Source of the DNA: an uncultured virus (IMG/VR IMGVR_UViG_3300031963_000026)
Lineage: Duplodnaviria; Heunggongvirae; Uroviricota; Caudoviricetes
Virus record (IMG/VR): IMGVR_UViG_3300031963_000026
Location: 1-64,000 of that record
Direction: 5' to 3' (one strand)
DNA: 64,000 bases
The notes beneath the pieces are model-generated. The model did no database searches. It was not told where the DNA came from and saw only the letters and a list, made by a program, of their open reading frames with translations. A program made the position numbers and the translations under genes. This document shows, piece by piece, positions 18,200 to 27,782 of this stretch; position 1 is the first letter of the stretch; every line of letters begins with the position of its first letter.

Positions 18200-19789
18200 T
18201 TAAATATCAATCTCAGAAAGTCTTTCTCTCACAAGTTCATTAACAATATCATCGTCGGGTGATGGATACCACCTATCATCATAATCAAATGTTGGTTTTT
18301 CAATATAGTCTTGTTCCATCAAAGTATCAAGAACACCATCTAAATTGTAACCTCCGGTATTTTCATAAGAACTACTATAAGGGTAAAAGTGTTCATCAAA
18401 AATATCCATAACAGATTCATCATCCACATCCACCAAGTTTGATAAATCAACCTCTATCTCAACACCACCATCATCAAATCTAGAAACATTACCATATTCC
18501 TCTAAGGCTGATTTTAATAGGGATTGCATATGATCAACATAATCGTCACCATCAGCAGAATTTATTGCAGATCTAATAGCATTCATTATCTCATAATCAC
18601 CATCAACCTCTTTAATAGAATCTTTCAAATCTAAATCTTCATCCAATTCAATATTATTTTTTTGTGCCATTTGTCTAACGATATCCCAAAGTTTATTTTC
18701 AGTTTCTTTGTCAATCGTGTAACTAAAAAAGCTTGAAGTATCTACATCATTATCATATCCCCACAAATCCCAAGGAGCTACCATAATTTCTTCAAAAATA
18801 TGTACCGTTCTCACGTCTCCGTTTCTGTTACGGTATCTATTTTCCCAACCTCCATTAACATAATATTTTATATAATCAGGATCTAACTTTAACGTAAAGT
18901 TTGTCGGTAACGGTGGAAGTTCAATAAGACCCATTTTAGCTAACACCCTTTGCATTGATTTGGATTCAAATAAATCAGGTCTTTCTTGATATAATTGTTT
19001 AATTGTTTCATCGGGAAGATCACTTATTTTGAAATCTTGTTGTGCCCCATACTCAGAACCAAACTTTTGAATTAAATAACCATCTTCACCATCCATTACA
19101 GAAAACAATGGCACAATATATTGATGGTATTTATCACTAGGTTTCGAGTTTTTAGGACCTTTTAATTGATACAAAACATTATCATCACCAATCGCCGCAG
19201 TTAATAATGACTTATTTATTTTAAATTTATCATTTAATGGAACATATTGTCTTAATGAATATAAATAACCATATGAACTTCTTCCACAATGTCCCATCCT
19301 TTCACATTCTTCAGGTGAGTTATTTGTGTTCAAATCCACCCAATATAAACCATTACCATTTTTATCTCTAAAATCTAAAATCACATCGTGATCCTCAACA
19401 TAATTAATTTGACCTTCACCAACTTCTAAACTATCGTGCCATTGTTTTGATAACGAATATAACTCATTAAACGTGTTATTTTTGTAAGGTTGTACATTAC
19501 CATTTAGTCCTACCCTAATCCAATCCATTATTGATTGGATTCTTTGTCTAATATAAAGAGGAACTTCGTATTTTTCTTTGAGCATGTTTTCCATTTCCAA
19601 TGGTGTTAACATATTTCGCATGTTAGTATTCAAATAGTCAATAACTTTGTTCCCCATCCAAACGGATAATGGTCCGCACAATTCATCTAATGTCTCAGCC
19701 GCCTTCTCACTAAAATTAAGCTTATCTATTAGAATTTTTTTCTTTGACGCTTCTAATATTATTTGTCTTATGTTTTCTAATAATTTCAT
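18200..19789 (-). CDS. Leader plus PcfJ-like domain and acidic C-terminal domain
   Basis: SKQWH, ECERMGHCG, LYSLR, QLKGPKN pattern. Confidence 0.55.
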   Translation of the reverse strand: MKLLENIRQIILEASKKKILIDKLNFSEKAAETLDELCGPLSVWMGNKVIDYLNTNMRNMLTPLEMENMLKEKYEVPLYIRQRIQSIMDWIRVGLNGNVQPYKNNTFNELYSLSKQWHDSLEVGEGQINYVEDHDVILDFRDKNGNGLYWVDLNTNNSPEECERMGHCGRSSYGYLYSLRQYVPLNDKFKINKSLLTAAIGDDNVLYQLKGPKNSKPSDKYHQYIVPLFSVMDGEDGYLIQKFGSEYGAQQDFKISDLPDETIKQLYQERPDLFESKSMQRVLAKMGLIELPPLPTNFTLKLDPDYIKYYVNGGWENRYRNRNGDVRTVHIFEEIMVAPWDLWGYDNDVDTSSFFSYTIDKETENKLWDIVRQMAQKNNIELDEDLDLKDSIKEVDGDYEIMNAIRSAINSADGDDYVDHMQSLLKSALEEYGNVSRFDDGGVEIEVDLSNLVDVDDESVMDIFDEHFYPYSSSYENTGGYNLDGVLDTLMEQDYIEKPTFDYDDRWYPSPDDDIVNELVRERLSEIDI

Positions 19790-19814
19790 ATACTAATAAA
19801 TATATGAAAAATAC

Positions 19815-19961
19815 TTAATTACGAAATGAAGGACAATCTTGACCTTTTTTCGGATGTCTCTCACGTTGTCTTTCAATCTTTTTTAGTTTCTTTTGTGAAA
19901 CAGTATAAGAAGATGATTGACAAGAAACCATTAATACCACCAAAATAAAAAGATATCTCAT
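19815..19961 (-). CDS. Small predicted lipoprotein
   Basis: MRYLFILVVLMVSC signal/lipobox, basic tail. Confidence 0.55.
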   Translation of the reverse strand: MRYLFILVVLMVSCQSSSYTVSQKKLKKIERQRERHPKKGQDCPSFRN

Positions 19962-19962
19962 A

Positions 19963-20748
19963 TTATTTAACTTTAACTGCGGTTGCATTAACAGGATTGA
20001 AGTTATTACCATTCCAACTCCAAATTACACCAACAACTTTAAGATTTTCTTTTTTCCAAGAATTACTAATCGGAATGACATATGAAAAATCTTGAGTTGA
20101 ATTTGTTGTTATTGTTGTTATGGTTTCACCAAGGATTTTTGATCCACCATATCCACGAACCACATTATTATGTAATGGATTTGATGATCCGGTCTGACCT
20201 TTAATAATACTATCCTCCAATACCAATATTGAAAACGTATGACTACCGAAACCATCTTTGAAGTATTGAACTTTAGATTTTACCTCAATTTGAAAATTAA
20301 CACTTGATCCATTAACAGGTTTTACAACAGCATCAACATAACATCCCGCAATCGGTGATAACGCATTATTCTGAGTTAAATAATTATTTGCCGTTGATTG
20401 GTTTGGATAAAAGTTTTTGAAATCTGTATTAACACCCATAAACAAATGAGGAATACCATTTTGATTGAATCTTTTCATCAATCTATCACCAATGGTATCT
20501 CCCGCAGGTGAATTTAACCCATCACTAGTTTGAGATGACAAACAAATAATCTTATCGTCACCATACACTTCCATCGCACGTAACACAGGTTTTCCCGACG
20601 ATCCACAAGGACCACACCAAGTCGCTCCTTTATACACTAATACCGTTCTTTGAACAGGTTGTACCGTAATCGTTTCCGTGATCTTTACATCTTTTGAACA
20701 ACTAAATAATGTCACACCAAAGATGATTGAATAAATAATTTTTTTCAT
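19963..20748 (-). CDS. Omp28-related outer-membrane lipoprotein with thioredoxin-like CxxC
   Basis: LFSC lipobox; ATWCGPC; GIPH; LVLEDSI..Q..HNNVVR; WKKENLKVV. Confidence 0.75.
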   Translation of the reverse strand: MKKIIYSIIFGVTLFSCSKDVKITETITVQPVQRTVLVYKGATWCGPCGSSGKPVLRAMEVYGDDKIICLSSQTSDGLNSPAGDTIGDRLMKRFNQNGIPHLFMGVNTDFKNFYPNQSTANNYLTQNNALSPIAGCYVDAVVKPVNGSSVNFQIEVKSKVQYFKDGFGSHTFSILVLEDSIIKGQTGSSNPLHNNVVRGYGGSKILGETITTITTNSTQDFSYVIPISNSWKKENLKVVGVIWSWNGNNFNPVNATAVKVK

Positions 20749-20790
20749 AATATTGTTTTTATATAATTATAATGATTTTACAAACTTTTT

Positions 20791-21192
20791 TTAACCTACC
20801 AACTTACAATCTTTAACAGACATCACAACTTTAATCTCAGTTGGTAAGTCACTAGACCAATCCAAAATACCGAAATCAATTTCAAGTATCTTACCTTGAA
20901 TTTCCCATTTTTCAACTTCATAACCTGTCGGGTCTAACATCGTCATCTCTAAACTCAATAACCTACTCAGATCCTCCAAAGAGTTGGATGGATTATAAAA
21001 ATCATACAACACTTTAGTTGTGGATGGCACAATCGGATCCCACATCTCAAATAACATATTACCCCAACCACCATTGACAATTATAGGTCTAGTTGCTTTA
21101 TTCACCACAAAAGATGGTATATCAATATTCTTAAAATTAACAAGAAACCTATTCTGTTTCTTTGGTTCAAAAGGTTCAAATTGTGTATCCAT
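20791..21192 (-). CDS. Tail tube (T4 gp19-like) protein or paralogue
   Basis: FEPKKQNRF, DPIVPS, LDPTG..VEKW, FGILDWSS motifs. Confidence 0.7.
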   Translation of the reverse strand: MDTQFEPFEPKKQNRFLVNFKNIDIPSFVVNKATRPIIVNGGWGNMLFEMWDPIVPSTTKVLYDFYNPSNSLEDLSRLLSLEMTMLDPTGYEVEKWEIQGKILEIDFGILDWSSDLPTEIKVVMSVKDCKLVG

Positions 21193-21208
21193 TAGTTACT
21201 ATTTTTTT

Positions 21209-21418
21209 TTAATACGTTCCATTTATTAAACTGATTCCATGTCTGACTCCACTTACGAAGTCGTTAATTTCTTCCTCAGATATGTCTGATATAATTGTTC
21301 CTATCGCAATCCCAACTTCATTTCCTATATCCGATATATCCCCTTTATCGTATGGTAAGTTGGATAACTCGGAAATTATATGTTTTAAGGTTCTTTGAAA
21401 ATCTATATTTTGTCTCAT
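21209..21418 (-). CDS. Hypothetical protein
   Basis: ORF. Confidence 0.65.
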   Translation of the reverse strand: MRQNIDFQRTLKHIISELSNLPYDKGDISDIGNEVGIAIGTIISDISEEEINDFVSGVRHGISLINGTY

Positions 21419-21421
21419 AAT

Positions 21422-22159
21422 TTAATTAGATAAAGGTGCTTTAATGGTTGGGTGTGATTGATAACCTTCTACTTGAAATTCTCCTATCTCCATACTCTTA
21501 ATCCATCCATCAATTGTTTGGTATTCGTGATTCCAAAACTCGTCATTGATAATTAGTTTAGGTAACGGGTAAGGTTCTCTACCAATCTGTTCCTTAGCTT
21601 GTTCAATGTGGTTACTGTAAAGGTGGACATCACCTAAGTTACCAATCAATTCATCAGGTACCATATTAACTTCTTTAGCAATGATTTCAAGTAGTAAACC
21701 ATAAGAAGCAATGTTGAATGGTAAACCTAAGAATGTATCTACTGAACGTTGATTCCACATTAAAGAGATTGCTCTGGTTGGAATGTTTCTAGTAGCTAAT
21801 TTAGCATCTTCAAAACCAGCTGGTTTACCTATACCTCCCATATATTCATTAACATATATTTGAATTCTCTCATCTCTACTCAACTCTCTTGTATAAACTT
21901 GAAATCCATAATGACAAGGTGGAAGAACCATATTCGGTAAATCGTGTACTGCCCATGCCGATACAATCAACCTACGTGAATTTGGATTATCTTTTAGTTG
22001 CTTAATCAATTCAGATATTTGGTCAATACCCTTATTACCAAACTCATCATTAAATTCTTTGTCGGTTTTTAATTTTTGTAAGAACTCTTCTTTTGTGAAA
22101 GGAGTCCCATCTTCGTGTGTATGTTTACTCTGCATAATTCCAGTTTTTAAATTTTTCAC
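21422..22159 (-). CDS. thyA: Thymidylate synthase, C-terminal (catalytic) part
   Basis: IDQI, NSRR, LPPCH, QRSVD, GLPFNIASY, DVHLYSNH. Confidence 0.93.
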   Translation of the reverse strand: MKNLKTGIMQSKHTHEDGTPFTKEEFLQKLKTDKEFNDEFGNKGIDQISELIKQLKDNPNSRRLIVSAWAVHDLPNMVLPPCHYGFQVYTRELSRDERIQIYVNEYMGGIGKPAGFEDAKLATRNIPTRAISLMWNQRSVDTFLGLPFNIASYGLLLEIIAKEVNMVPDELIGNLGDVHLYSNHIEQAKEQIGREPYPLPKLIINDEFWNHEYQTIDGWIKSMEIGEFQVEGYQSHPTIKAPLSN

Positions 22160-22838
22160 TCTTGCTTTTTATTCTATCACTAACCATATCCCACTTAACA
22201 CCTAATTGATTTGACGCATGGCTAATACTCTCATACCATACACCACCAATAATACAAGGTCTTTTGTGAACTGACACATCACTTAGTTTTTTTCTAGTTT
22301 CATTACTTATTTCACGTCCTTTTAATTTATCTCTAACTTCCTGACGTTTCATACCGTTATTAGACTTTATTTTATCTTTAGTTTCTTCAGAGTGAAACCA
22401 ACCACCATTTTCTTTTCTAGTGTTAACCATTTTATCAATAACTTCTTGTGGCCGTTTTCTACCTTTAAGTGTTTCACTTGTTTTTCTTTTATGTTCTTCA
22501 CTTAATTTAACACCTTTTTTCTTTTCACTTATTAATTTTATTACTTCTATTTTAATAGATTCATAAACTCTAGAACTAGGGATATATCTACTTTGTCTCT
22601 TACTTTTCATATTACACATTGCCCATAACGCAAACTTTAACTTATTATTATTGGGATAGATTCGTACTAGTAATCTGTGACATACAAAATGCTCTCTAGC
22701 AGTTAAACTCACTAAGTTTTCTTTATCGTCCGAACCACCCATACATCTTGGTATTATATGGTGTTTTTCTGTATAACATTCCAATATTCTATTATTCGCC
22801 CTCACCACTATTTGGTTGTATATTTTTTCGTAGTTCAT
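22125..22838 (-). CDS. HNH homing endonuclease with NUMOD3-like repeats
   Basis: EKHHIIPRCMGGSD..NLV.LTAREHF..H; HSEETKDKI repeats. Confidence 0.88.
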   Translation of the reverse strand: MNYEKIYNQIVVRANNRILECYTEKHHIIPRCMGGSDDKENLVSLTAREHFVCHRLLVRIYPNNNKLKFALWAMCNMKSKRQSRYIPSSRVYESIKIEVIKLISEKKKGVKLSEEHKRKTSETLKGRKRPQEVIDKMVNTRKENGGWFHSEETKDKIKSNNGMKRQEVRDKLKGREISNETRKKLSDVSVHKRPCIIGGVWYESISHASNQLGVKWDMVSDRIKSKSEKFKNWNYAE

Positions 22839-22959
22839 AGTATTTCTCCATTGTTTTTTTATTTATTACTTCTTTGTTACGATGGTAATACTCTTTAGCC
22901 CAAGCTCGTTGTGCTTCAATTTTTTCTTGTTCTGTTTTGTATTTTTTTAATCGTCCCAT
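22792..22959 (-). CDS. Small basic protein preceding the HNH gene (not in ORF track)
   Basis: MGRLKKYKTEQEKIEAQRAWAKEYYHRNKE..., 55 aa; TATTTAT upstream. Confidence 0.65.
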   Translation of the reverse strand: MGRLKKYKTEQEKIEAQRAWAKEYYHRNKEVINKKTMEKYYELRKNIQPNSGEGE

Positions 22960-23005
22960 TTATAATAAATATATAACTAAAAGAAAAAAACTAAAAGAAT
23001 TGTAA

Positions 23006-23515
23006 TTATTTTTTAACTTTTTTCAAATAATCTTCGTAAAGTTTGTCATCTGATTTACCACCCCAATTACGCCAACCAGCCCCATACACGGGCCCTAATT
23101 CACCCCACGTCTTTGCAAACTCATCATCTGTTTTAATTTTGTTGATGAAATCCTCCTTGTTTGTAATAGCATAACCCGCAATGGTTGTATCATCCATAAA
23201 CTTTTCTAAAGTTTTTTTCTGATAATTTGCCCATGTATCACCATCCCAAATATGACAATCATTATCTACAAGGTATTTGATATTAGTCGAGCCAGAAAGA
23301 AACCAAAGTAGTTCCGTTACTATTTGTTTCCAAGCCATCTTCTTTGTGGTGAGTAATGGAAACCCATCTGACATCTTATGACGAATCTGTCTTCCGAATA
23401 CTGAGATGGTTCCTGTACCTGTTCGGTCTTTCTTTTCTACTCCATTGTCAAGAATGTCTTGGAGTAGGTTTTGGTAGTCTGTGTCTAGTTTATTCATATT
23501 ATAATTTTTTATCAT
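23006..23515 (-). CDS. thyA: Thymidylate synthase, N-terminal part
   Basis: [31 protein letters not shown]. Confidence 0.93.
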   Translation of the reverse strand: MIKNYNMNKLDTDYQNLLQDILDNGVEKKDRTGTGTISVFGRQIRHKMSDGFPLLTTKKMAWKQIVTELLWFLSGSTNIKYLVDNDCHIWDGDTWANYQKKTLEKFMDDTTIAGYAITNKEDFINKIKTDDEFAKTWGELGPVYGAGWRNWGGKSDDKLYEDYLKKVKK

Positions 23516-23982
23516 CCTACTAATGTTTCTCCCTCTAATACATCTGTAGATTTATATACTTTAATTCCTCTAAACCTAACATCTGAAAAGTTACTAGTTG
23601 GGTCAAAAGTAACATACCTTTTAAATTCATACACTAATTTATAAAAGGTAGCAGGATGTACTAATATCATATTAGGTTCTCTTGATGTGGTACGTATATG
23701 AGTCGTTATTTTTCCCATTATTTGGTCCACTATTCCATGCTCATAAGCACCATCAGAACCAATTTGAAAATCATCACTCACATAAGGTGGTTCATCTTCA
23801 AGTCCATCCATTAAAGTTTGGTCCCATTCCTCTTGTTCTTCCATTTCCATCAACATATCCTGTAGTCGTTTAATCTCAGCGAGGACATCATCACCGAACT
23901 CAATCTTATACATTATTGATAAATCAATTGCTTGTATCTTGTAAATGTTCAGCAGTTCTTTTAGTATTTGTTCTTTAGTCAT
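23512..23982 (-). CDS. Hypothetical protein
   Basis: ORF; MTKEQI start shared with 24462..24806. Confidence 0.75.
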   Translation of the reverse strand: MTKEQILKELLNIYKIQAIDLSIMYKIEFGDDVLAEIKRLQDMLMEMEEQEEWDQTLMDGLEDEPPYVSDDFQIGSDGAYEHGIVDQIMGKITTHIRTTSREPNMILVHPATFYKLVYEFKRYVTFDPTSNFSDVRFRGIKVYKSTDVLEGETLVG

Positions 23983-23988
23983 AACTTT

Positions 23989-24330
23989 CTATTTTTTATT
24001 GTCTCTGTAAAATTCCTTAATAAGATTACACATCTCAGTTTGTTCTGTGATGTTTACTCTAGTCGGATTTCTATTTATTGATTCCAATCGCAATTGATAA
24101 ACATCTTCCTCATTTGAATCACTCAATAAGAAGTAATCAGCCAAACCAAAGTATAACGATACATCATATTCAGTTATATCAAAATGTATATCATCAACAT
24201 CAAATGTAAAATACTCATTAACTTTTGGTTTATTATTCCAAAATACTTCATTAACCTTGAATATCCAAATCATTTTTTTCTTTTTTAATATAACCTCTAT
24301 TTTCTTTATAGACATAAAGAATCTCATCAT
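23989..24330 (-). CDS. Hypothetical protein
   Basis: ORF; real start probably MIWIFK. Confidence 0.65.
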   Translation of the reverse strand: MMRFFMSIKKIEVILKKKKMIWIFKVNEVFWNNKPKVNEYFTFDVDDIHFDITEYDVSLYFGLADYFLLSDSNEEDVYQLRLESINRNPTRVNITEQTEMCNLIKEFYRDNKK

Positions 24331-24469
24331 CTTTTATTTCAGGAAACCCATGTTGATATGTTTCAACTATAATTGATTTCCAATTACCCTCCATCGGTAC
24401 ATAACTAACTTCTGTCGGATTATCTAAATTGATTAGAAATGTTGGTTGTGTTACTTGTATTTTATTCAT
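24251..24469 (-). CDS. Hypothetical protein
   Basis: ORF. Confidence 0.6.
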   Translation of the reverse strand: MNKIQVTQPTFLINLDNPTEVSYVPMEGNWKSIIVETYQHGFPEIKDDEILYVYKENRGYIKKEKNDLDIQG

Positions 24470-24806
24470 AACTTTCTATTGTTTCGTTGTTGTATGTTAT
24501 TGTGATTAGTTTGGTTGGAATATTTTCCCAATCAATTTTAGTATCACTTCCTTTTAGTGCTTGATGTAAGTTATTCTTAAAGTATTGCATATCTCTAATT
24601 TCATTTCTCTCTTCCAAACTCAACTCTCTTTCCTCAATCTTCAATCCCCACCTTTCAGAGAACTCAGTATCGGTTTTACATTTGTTGATGAATTCTTCTT
24701 TTGTAAATGAACGCTTTACTTCTGCATCTTCATAAAATTCGTGACCATCCTTATATGATATACAATAATACTCATACACCTCATCAATAATCTGTTCTTT
24801 AGTCAT
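24462..24806 (-). CDS. Protein resembling the non-catalytic insertions of the adjacent ThyA
   Basis: FTKEEFINKCKTDTEFSERWG and RELSLEER...IPTKLI. Confidence 0.7.
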   Translation of the reverse strand: MTKEQIIDEVYEYYCISYKDGHEFYEDAEVKRSFTKEEFINKCKTDTEFSERWGLKIEERELSLEERNEIRDMQYFKNNLHQALKGSDTKIDWENIPTKLITITYNNETIESYE

Positions 24807-24812
24807 AACTTT

Positions 24813-25007
24813 CTATTTTTTCGTTCTTGTATTAATTATAATAGGTAATTTACCTTCAGGTGACATTTCTATCAATTGTTGGTATTTCTCATCTCCAACT
24901 ACACCATCAACAGTCCACTCTGTCTTTACCCCATTTTCATAAATGGGTATTGAATATGTTTCTTTAGTCATAACTTTAATTTGATTCATAGTATTGTTGG
25001 TCATCAA
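24813..25007 (-). CDS. Hypothetical protein
   Basis: ORF; likely start MTKETY. Confidence 0.6.
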   Translation of the reverse strand: MMTNNTMNQIKVMTKETYSIPIYENGVKTEWTVDGVVGDEKYQQLIEMSPEGKLPIIINTRTKK

Positions 25008-25305
25008 TTAACTCTTCAATAAAAGGTTGGTCTTCCAATCTTTCAATAACAATGTTTAATGCTTCAGGGTGGTGGATTCTTGAACCCGCTCCAAAAGATA
25101 TCGTGGTAAGTCCTAACACTTCGTTGTTAACGTAATGTCTGAATTTACCTTTTTGGTTATTTACCTCGTGGTCCATTGAAACATCATTCCAATCACTCAA
25201 TACAACTTCGTGTCCTCCTTTGTTTTTGTAAACCAATCTGATCACATTGTTGTGACTGAAGTTCTTAATAAATTCTCCTAATTTCATATTTTTATTTTTG
25301 TTCAT
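24976..25305 (-). CDS. Hypothetical protein
   Basis: ORF. Confidence 0.7.
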   Translation of the reverse strand: MNKNKNMKLGEFIKNFSHNNVIRLVYKNKGGHEVVLSDWNDVSMDHEVNNQKGKFRHYVNNEVLGLTTISFGAGSRIHHPEALNIVIERLEDQPFIEELIDDQQYYESN

Positions 25306-25612
25306 TAACTTCTACATCCCAACTAGCTAATACAAATTGAAGTTCTAAATTCCACAACTCATCCTCATCAACATGAGCCACTGCCTCAAACCCTCCTGTA
25401 CATGAATGGTAAGTCTTTTTCTCTTTCATAGCACCATCATAAGCATCTTGAAGCAACTTCATAGCTGTTACCATTAAGTTTCCAATAGTTGGAACTCCAT
25501 CATCTGTTATTGTATCTGCCCATTGCCATTTGAGAAGTGACATTGCTTTGTGAGTCTTCTCCCAATTAAAGTGATCAACAATCTCACTGATAAGTTGTTC
25601 TCTAGCCTTCAT
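25292..25612 (-). CDS. Hypothetical protein, paralogue of 26965..27315
   Basis: Shared F..EK/HR...M..L.W.W...GVP.I...TGGF.A. Confidence 0.75.
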   Translation of the reverse strand: MKAREQLISEIVDHFNWEKTHKAMSLLKWQWADTITDDGVPTIGNLMVTAMKLLQDAYDGAMKEKKTYHSCTGGFEAVAHVDEDELWNLELQFVLASWDVEVNEQK

Positions 25613-25794
25613 TTTACAAAATATTGAAATGTCCCTACTACAATAGCCGAGATAAATACTCCCATCCCAATACCTGATAGTAGTAGTTTAATACGGAAAA
25701 ATTTCTCACTGGATACATCCGTTGTCCAATGAACGATCCAAGCACTTGCCAAGAAACAAAAACCAATGATGTTTAACAATGTGTGTAATGTCAT
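25609..25794 (-). CDS. Small two-TM membrane protein
   Basis: Two hydrophobic stretches. Confidence 0.6.
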   Translation of the reverse strand: MTLHTLLNIIGFCFLASAWIVHWTTDVSSEKFFRIKLLLSGIGMGVFISAIVVGTFQYFVK

Positions 25795-25833
25795 AACTTT
25801 TTTTTTATAAGAACAAATATAAGAACAAATAAG

Positions 25834-26103
25834 TTAATAGTCCAACTTTTCGTTGTGTAATTTAACAAAATATTCCGCAACATCTTTAGATAGTTCACCA
25901 CTCCTCGCAATAAAATACTCACTCTCAACACCACCATCATCAAACATAATCGGTTGTTCCCCCTGAATCGGACGACACCAACAATCATCACCACTGAAAC
26001 ACGTTCCAAGTTTCCACCTAATGGTAAACGCCAACTCCGATGCTTGTTTATACGTTAATTTAGTTACCATACTCTTCTCTACCTTCTTTAATTTTATTCT
26101 CAA
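25834..26103 (-). CDS. Hypothetical protein
   Basis: ORF; C..G..CWC motif. Confidence 0.65.
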   Translation of the reverse strand: MRIKLKKVEKSMVTKLTYKQASELAFTIRWKLGTCFSGDDCWCRPIQGEQPIMFDDGGVESEYFIARSGELSKDVAEYFVKLHNEKLDY

Positions 26104-26272
26104 CGTAATTCCTAATCTCTTTCATCGATGTTAAAAAATTGTTTCTCAATCGGTGAAACTCTTCATCTTTAATTTCATCAAATCTTGAGTAACTTTCAAA
26201 ACAATAATCAATACCCTCATTATCCATTCGGTATTCAACCATAACAAAATTTTCAAATTCTTCTTCTGTCAT
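26060..26272 (-). CDS. Hypothetical protein
   Basis: ORF. Confidence 0.65.
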   Translation of the reverse strand: MTEEEFENFVMVEYRMDNEGIDYCFESYSRFDEIKDEEFHRLRNNFLTSMKEIRNYVENKIKEGREEYGN

Positions 26273-26280
26273 AACTTTCT

Positions 26281-26556
26281 TTATTTAGATTTATAAGTGT
26301 AATCATAAGCACTATCCCAAACATTATCAAACTCTTCTTGTAATTCCTTTGGTAATTTATCATATAACTCTCGTTCCACCCAATCAAACATCCGATAACC
26401 AAACTTTAAGTGATTTAAGTTTGTTTCCATATAAGAACAATTACCGGAAAATTTACATTTCAAAGGTGAGCAACAACCCTCTTCACCACAACCACTACAC
26501 TCAGGACAATATGGTGAATAATCATCTTTTAATTCCAAATCTATAGGTTCCGTCAT
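26281..26556 (-). CDS. Cys-rich hypothetical protein
   Basis: CPECSGCGEEGCC. Confidence 0.7.
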   Translation of the reverse strand: MTEPIDLELKDDYSPYCPECSGCGEEGCCSPLKCKFSGNCSYMETNLNHLKFGYRMFDWVERELYDKLPKELQEEFDNVWDSAYDYTYKSK

Positions 26557-26564
26557 TGTCTTGA

Positions 26565-26954
26565 TTAGTGATGATGTTTAATAAAACCATTTATATACCC
26601 CTTGATGTTGTACGCACCCGCAGGATTCATACTATGAACAATAAAGTCACACATCTTCAGATCATTATCAATCATATAATCAACCAACCATTTGGCACAA
26701 TCATACCCCGTCTTTTCCTTGAAGGTCTCATACTTCTCATTGTATGTTCCATTATACATTGAAGGATCGTAGTGTTCGTCAGCCAAATCGTGATCAAAGG
26801 ATATTAAATCCGGTAACCCATTTGTTTTAATGTAATCCACAAACTCATCGTAATTACGGACCACAACCCAATCATTATCAGCATAAACACGCTGCGGCAT
26901 ATAAACCATACAATCCAACGGATTTCTTACATCATCCAAAAATAACTTTTTCAT
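26565..26954 (-). CDS. Cyclic-phosphate-processing receiver-like domain protein
   Basis: LFLDDVR, ISFDHDL, KTGYDCAKWL, VHSMNP. Confidence 0.75.
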   Translation of the reverse strand: MKKLFLDDVRNPLDCMVYMPQRVYADNDWVVVRNYDEFVDYIKTNGLPDLISFDHDLADEHYDPSMYNGTYNEKYETFKEKTGYDCAKWLVDYMIDNDLKMCDFIVHSMNPAGAYNIKGYINGFIKHHH

Positions 26955-26964
26955 ATCTTTTTTT

Positions 26965-27315
26965 TTATTTATGTTCTACTTCACAGTTCCATTGACTAGC
27001 AACAAACATCAAATTCATACCAAATACCCTATTTAAGTCCTTATCCCAAAACACCTCAGCATCGAATCCTCCTGTACTCACCGTGTAATTACCTTTAATT
27101 CTAATTGATCCTGATGTTGCATCAACAAGTAACCCATATGCACATTCAACCATTTTATCAATACTCGGAACACCTCGAGTTGATGACCACCACCAATCCA
27201 ATGCTTGCATCGTGATCTTAACTCGGTGAAAATCAAAATAACCTAAAGTCTCACTAATCTTTTGTTTGATATTATCATCAAAAGATTCAAAGGTCTCAAT
27301 AGTTTTACTGTTCAT
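26965..27315 (-). CDS. Hypothetical protein, paralogue of 25292..25612
   Basis: Shared motifs; promoter directly upstream. Confidence 0.75.
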   Translation of the reverse strand: MNSKTIETFESFDDNIKQKISETLGYFDFHRVKITMQALDWWWSSTRGVPSIDKMVECAYGLLVDATSGSIRIKGNYTVSTGGFDAEVFWDKDLNRVFGMNLMFVASQWNCEVEHK

Positions 27316-27319
27316 ACCA

Positions 27320-27350
27320 CAAAGATAAAGATAAAAAAGTAAAATCCAAA
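27320..27350 (-). promoter_or_regulatory. Bacteroidota-type promoter TTTG-N19-TATCTTTG
   Basis: Consensus match. Confidence 0.65.
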
Positions 27351-27414
27351 AAAAAATGGGAAACTAATCCCACTTTTTTGAGCCAACCGAGATTGGGTCC
27401 ACCATTTGGTTTAC

Positions 27415-27693
27415 TCAAACCAACAAAGAAGATTCTAACATGGTATAAACATCAATAACATATTTACCGTTACAATACGGAATTAACGATCCGTGATGTG
27501 GAAAATAATCTTGAACCACAGATTTTGATCCTTCAACAATATGAACTTCAAATGTGTCTTTGAAATTACCGTATAATTTATCAGACCCTCCGACAACTAT
27601 TAAAGACTTCTTACCAAACTCTTTTTTAAAAATCCTACCACCTTCAAAAACCGGATGATCGGTTGATTCTGCAATTATTTGTCCTATAGTCAT
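27415..27693 (-). CDS. Hypothetical protein
   Basis: ORF. Confidence 0.7.
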   Translation of the reverse strand: MTIGQIIAESTDHPVFEGGRIFKKEFGKKSLIVVGGSDKLYGNFKDTFEVHIVEGSKSVVQDYFPHHGSLIPYCNGKYVIDVYTMLESSLLV

Positions 27694-27782
27694 TGTTTGT
27701 TTTTTTTATTCTCCTCTAAAATATGAATTAAACCTATGATCGCCAAAACATAAATAACCAACTTTAATATCGTTCTCATAAA

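Noticed and set aside
22125..23005. Group I intron or intein in thyA
   Set aside because: The interval is filled by ORFs and a short AT-rich spacer; no structured core or splice motifs are visible and the frames are separated by stops
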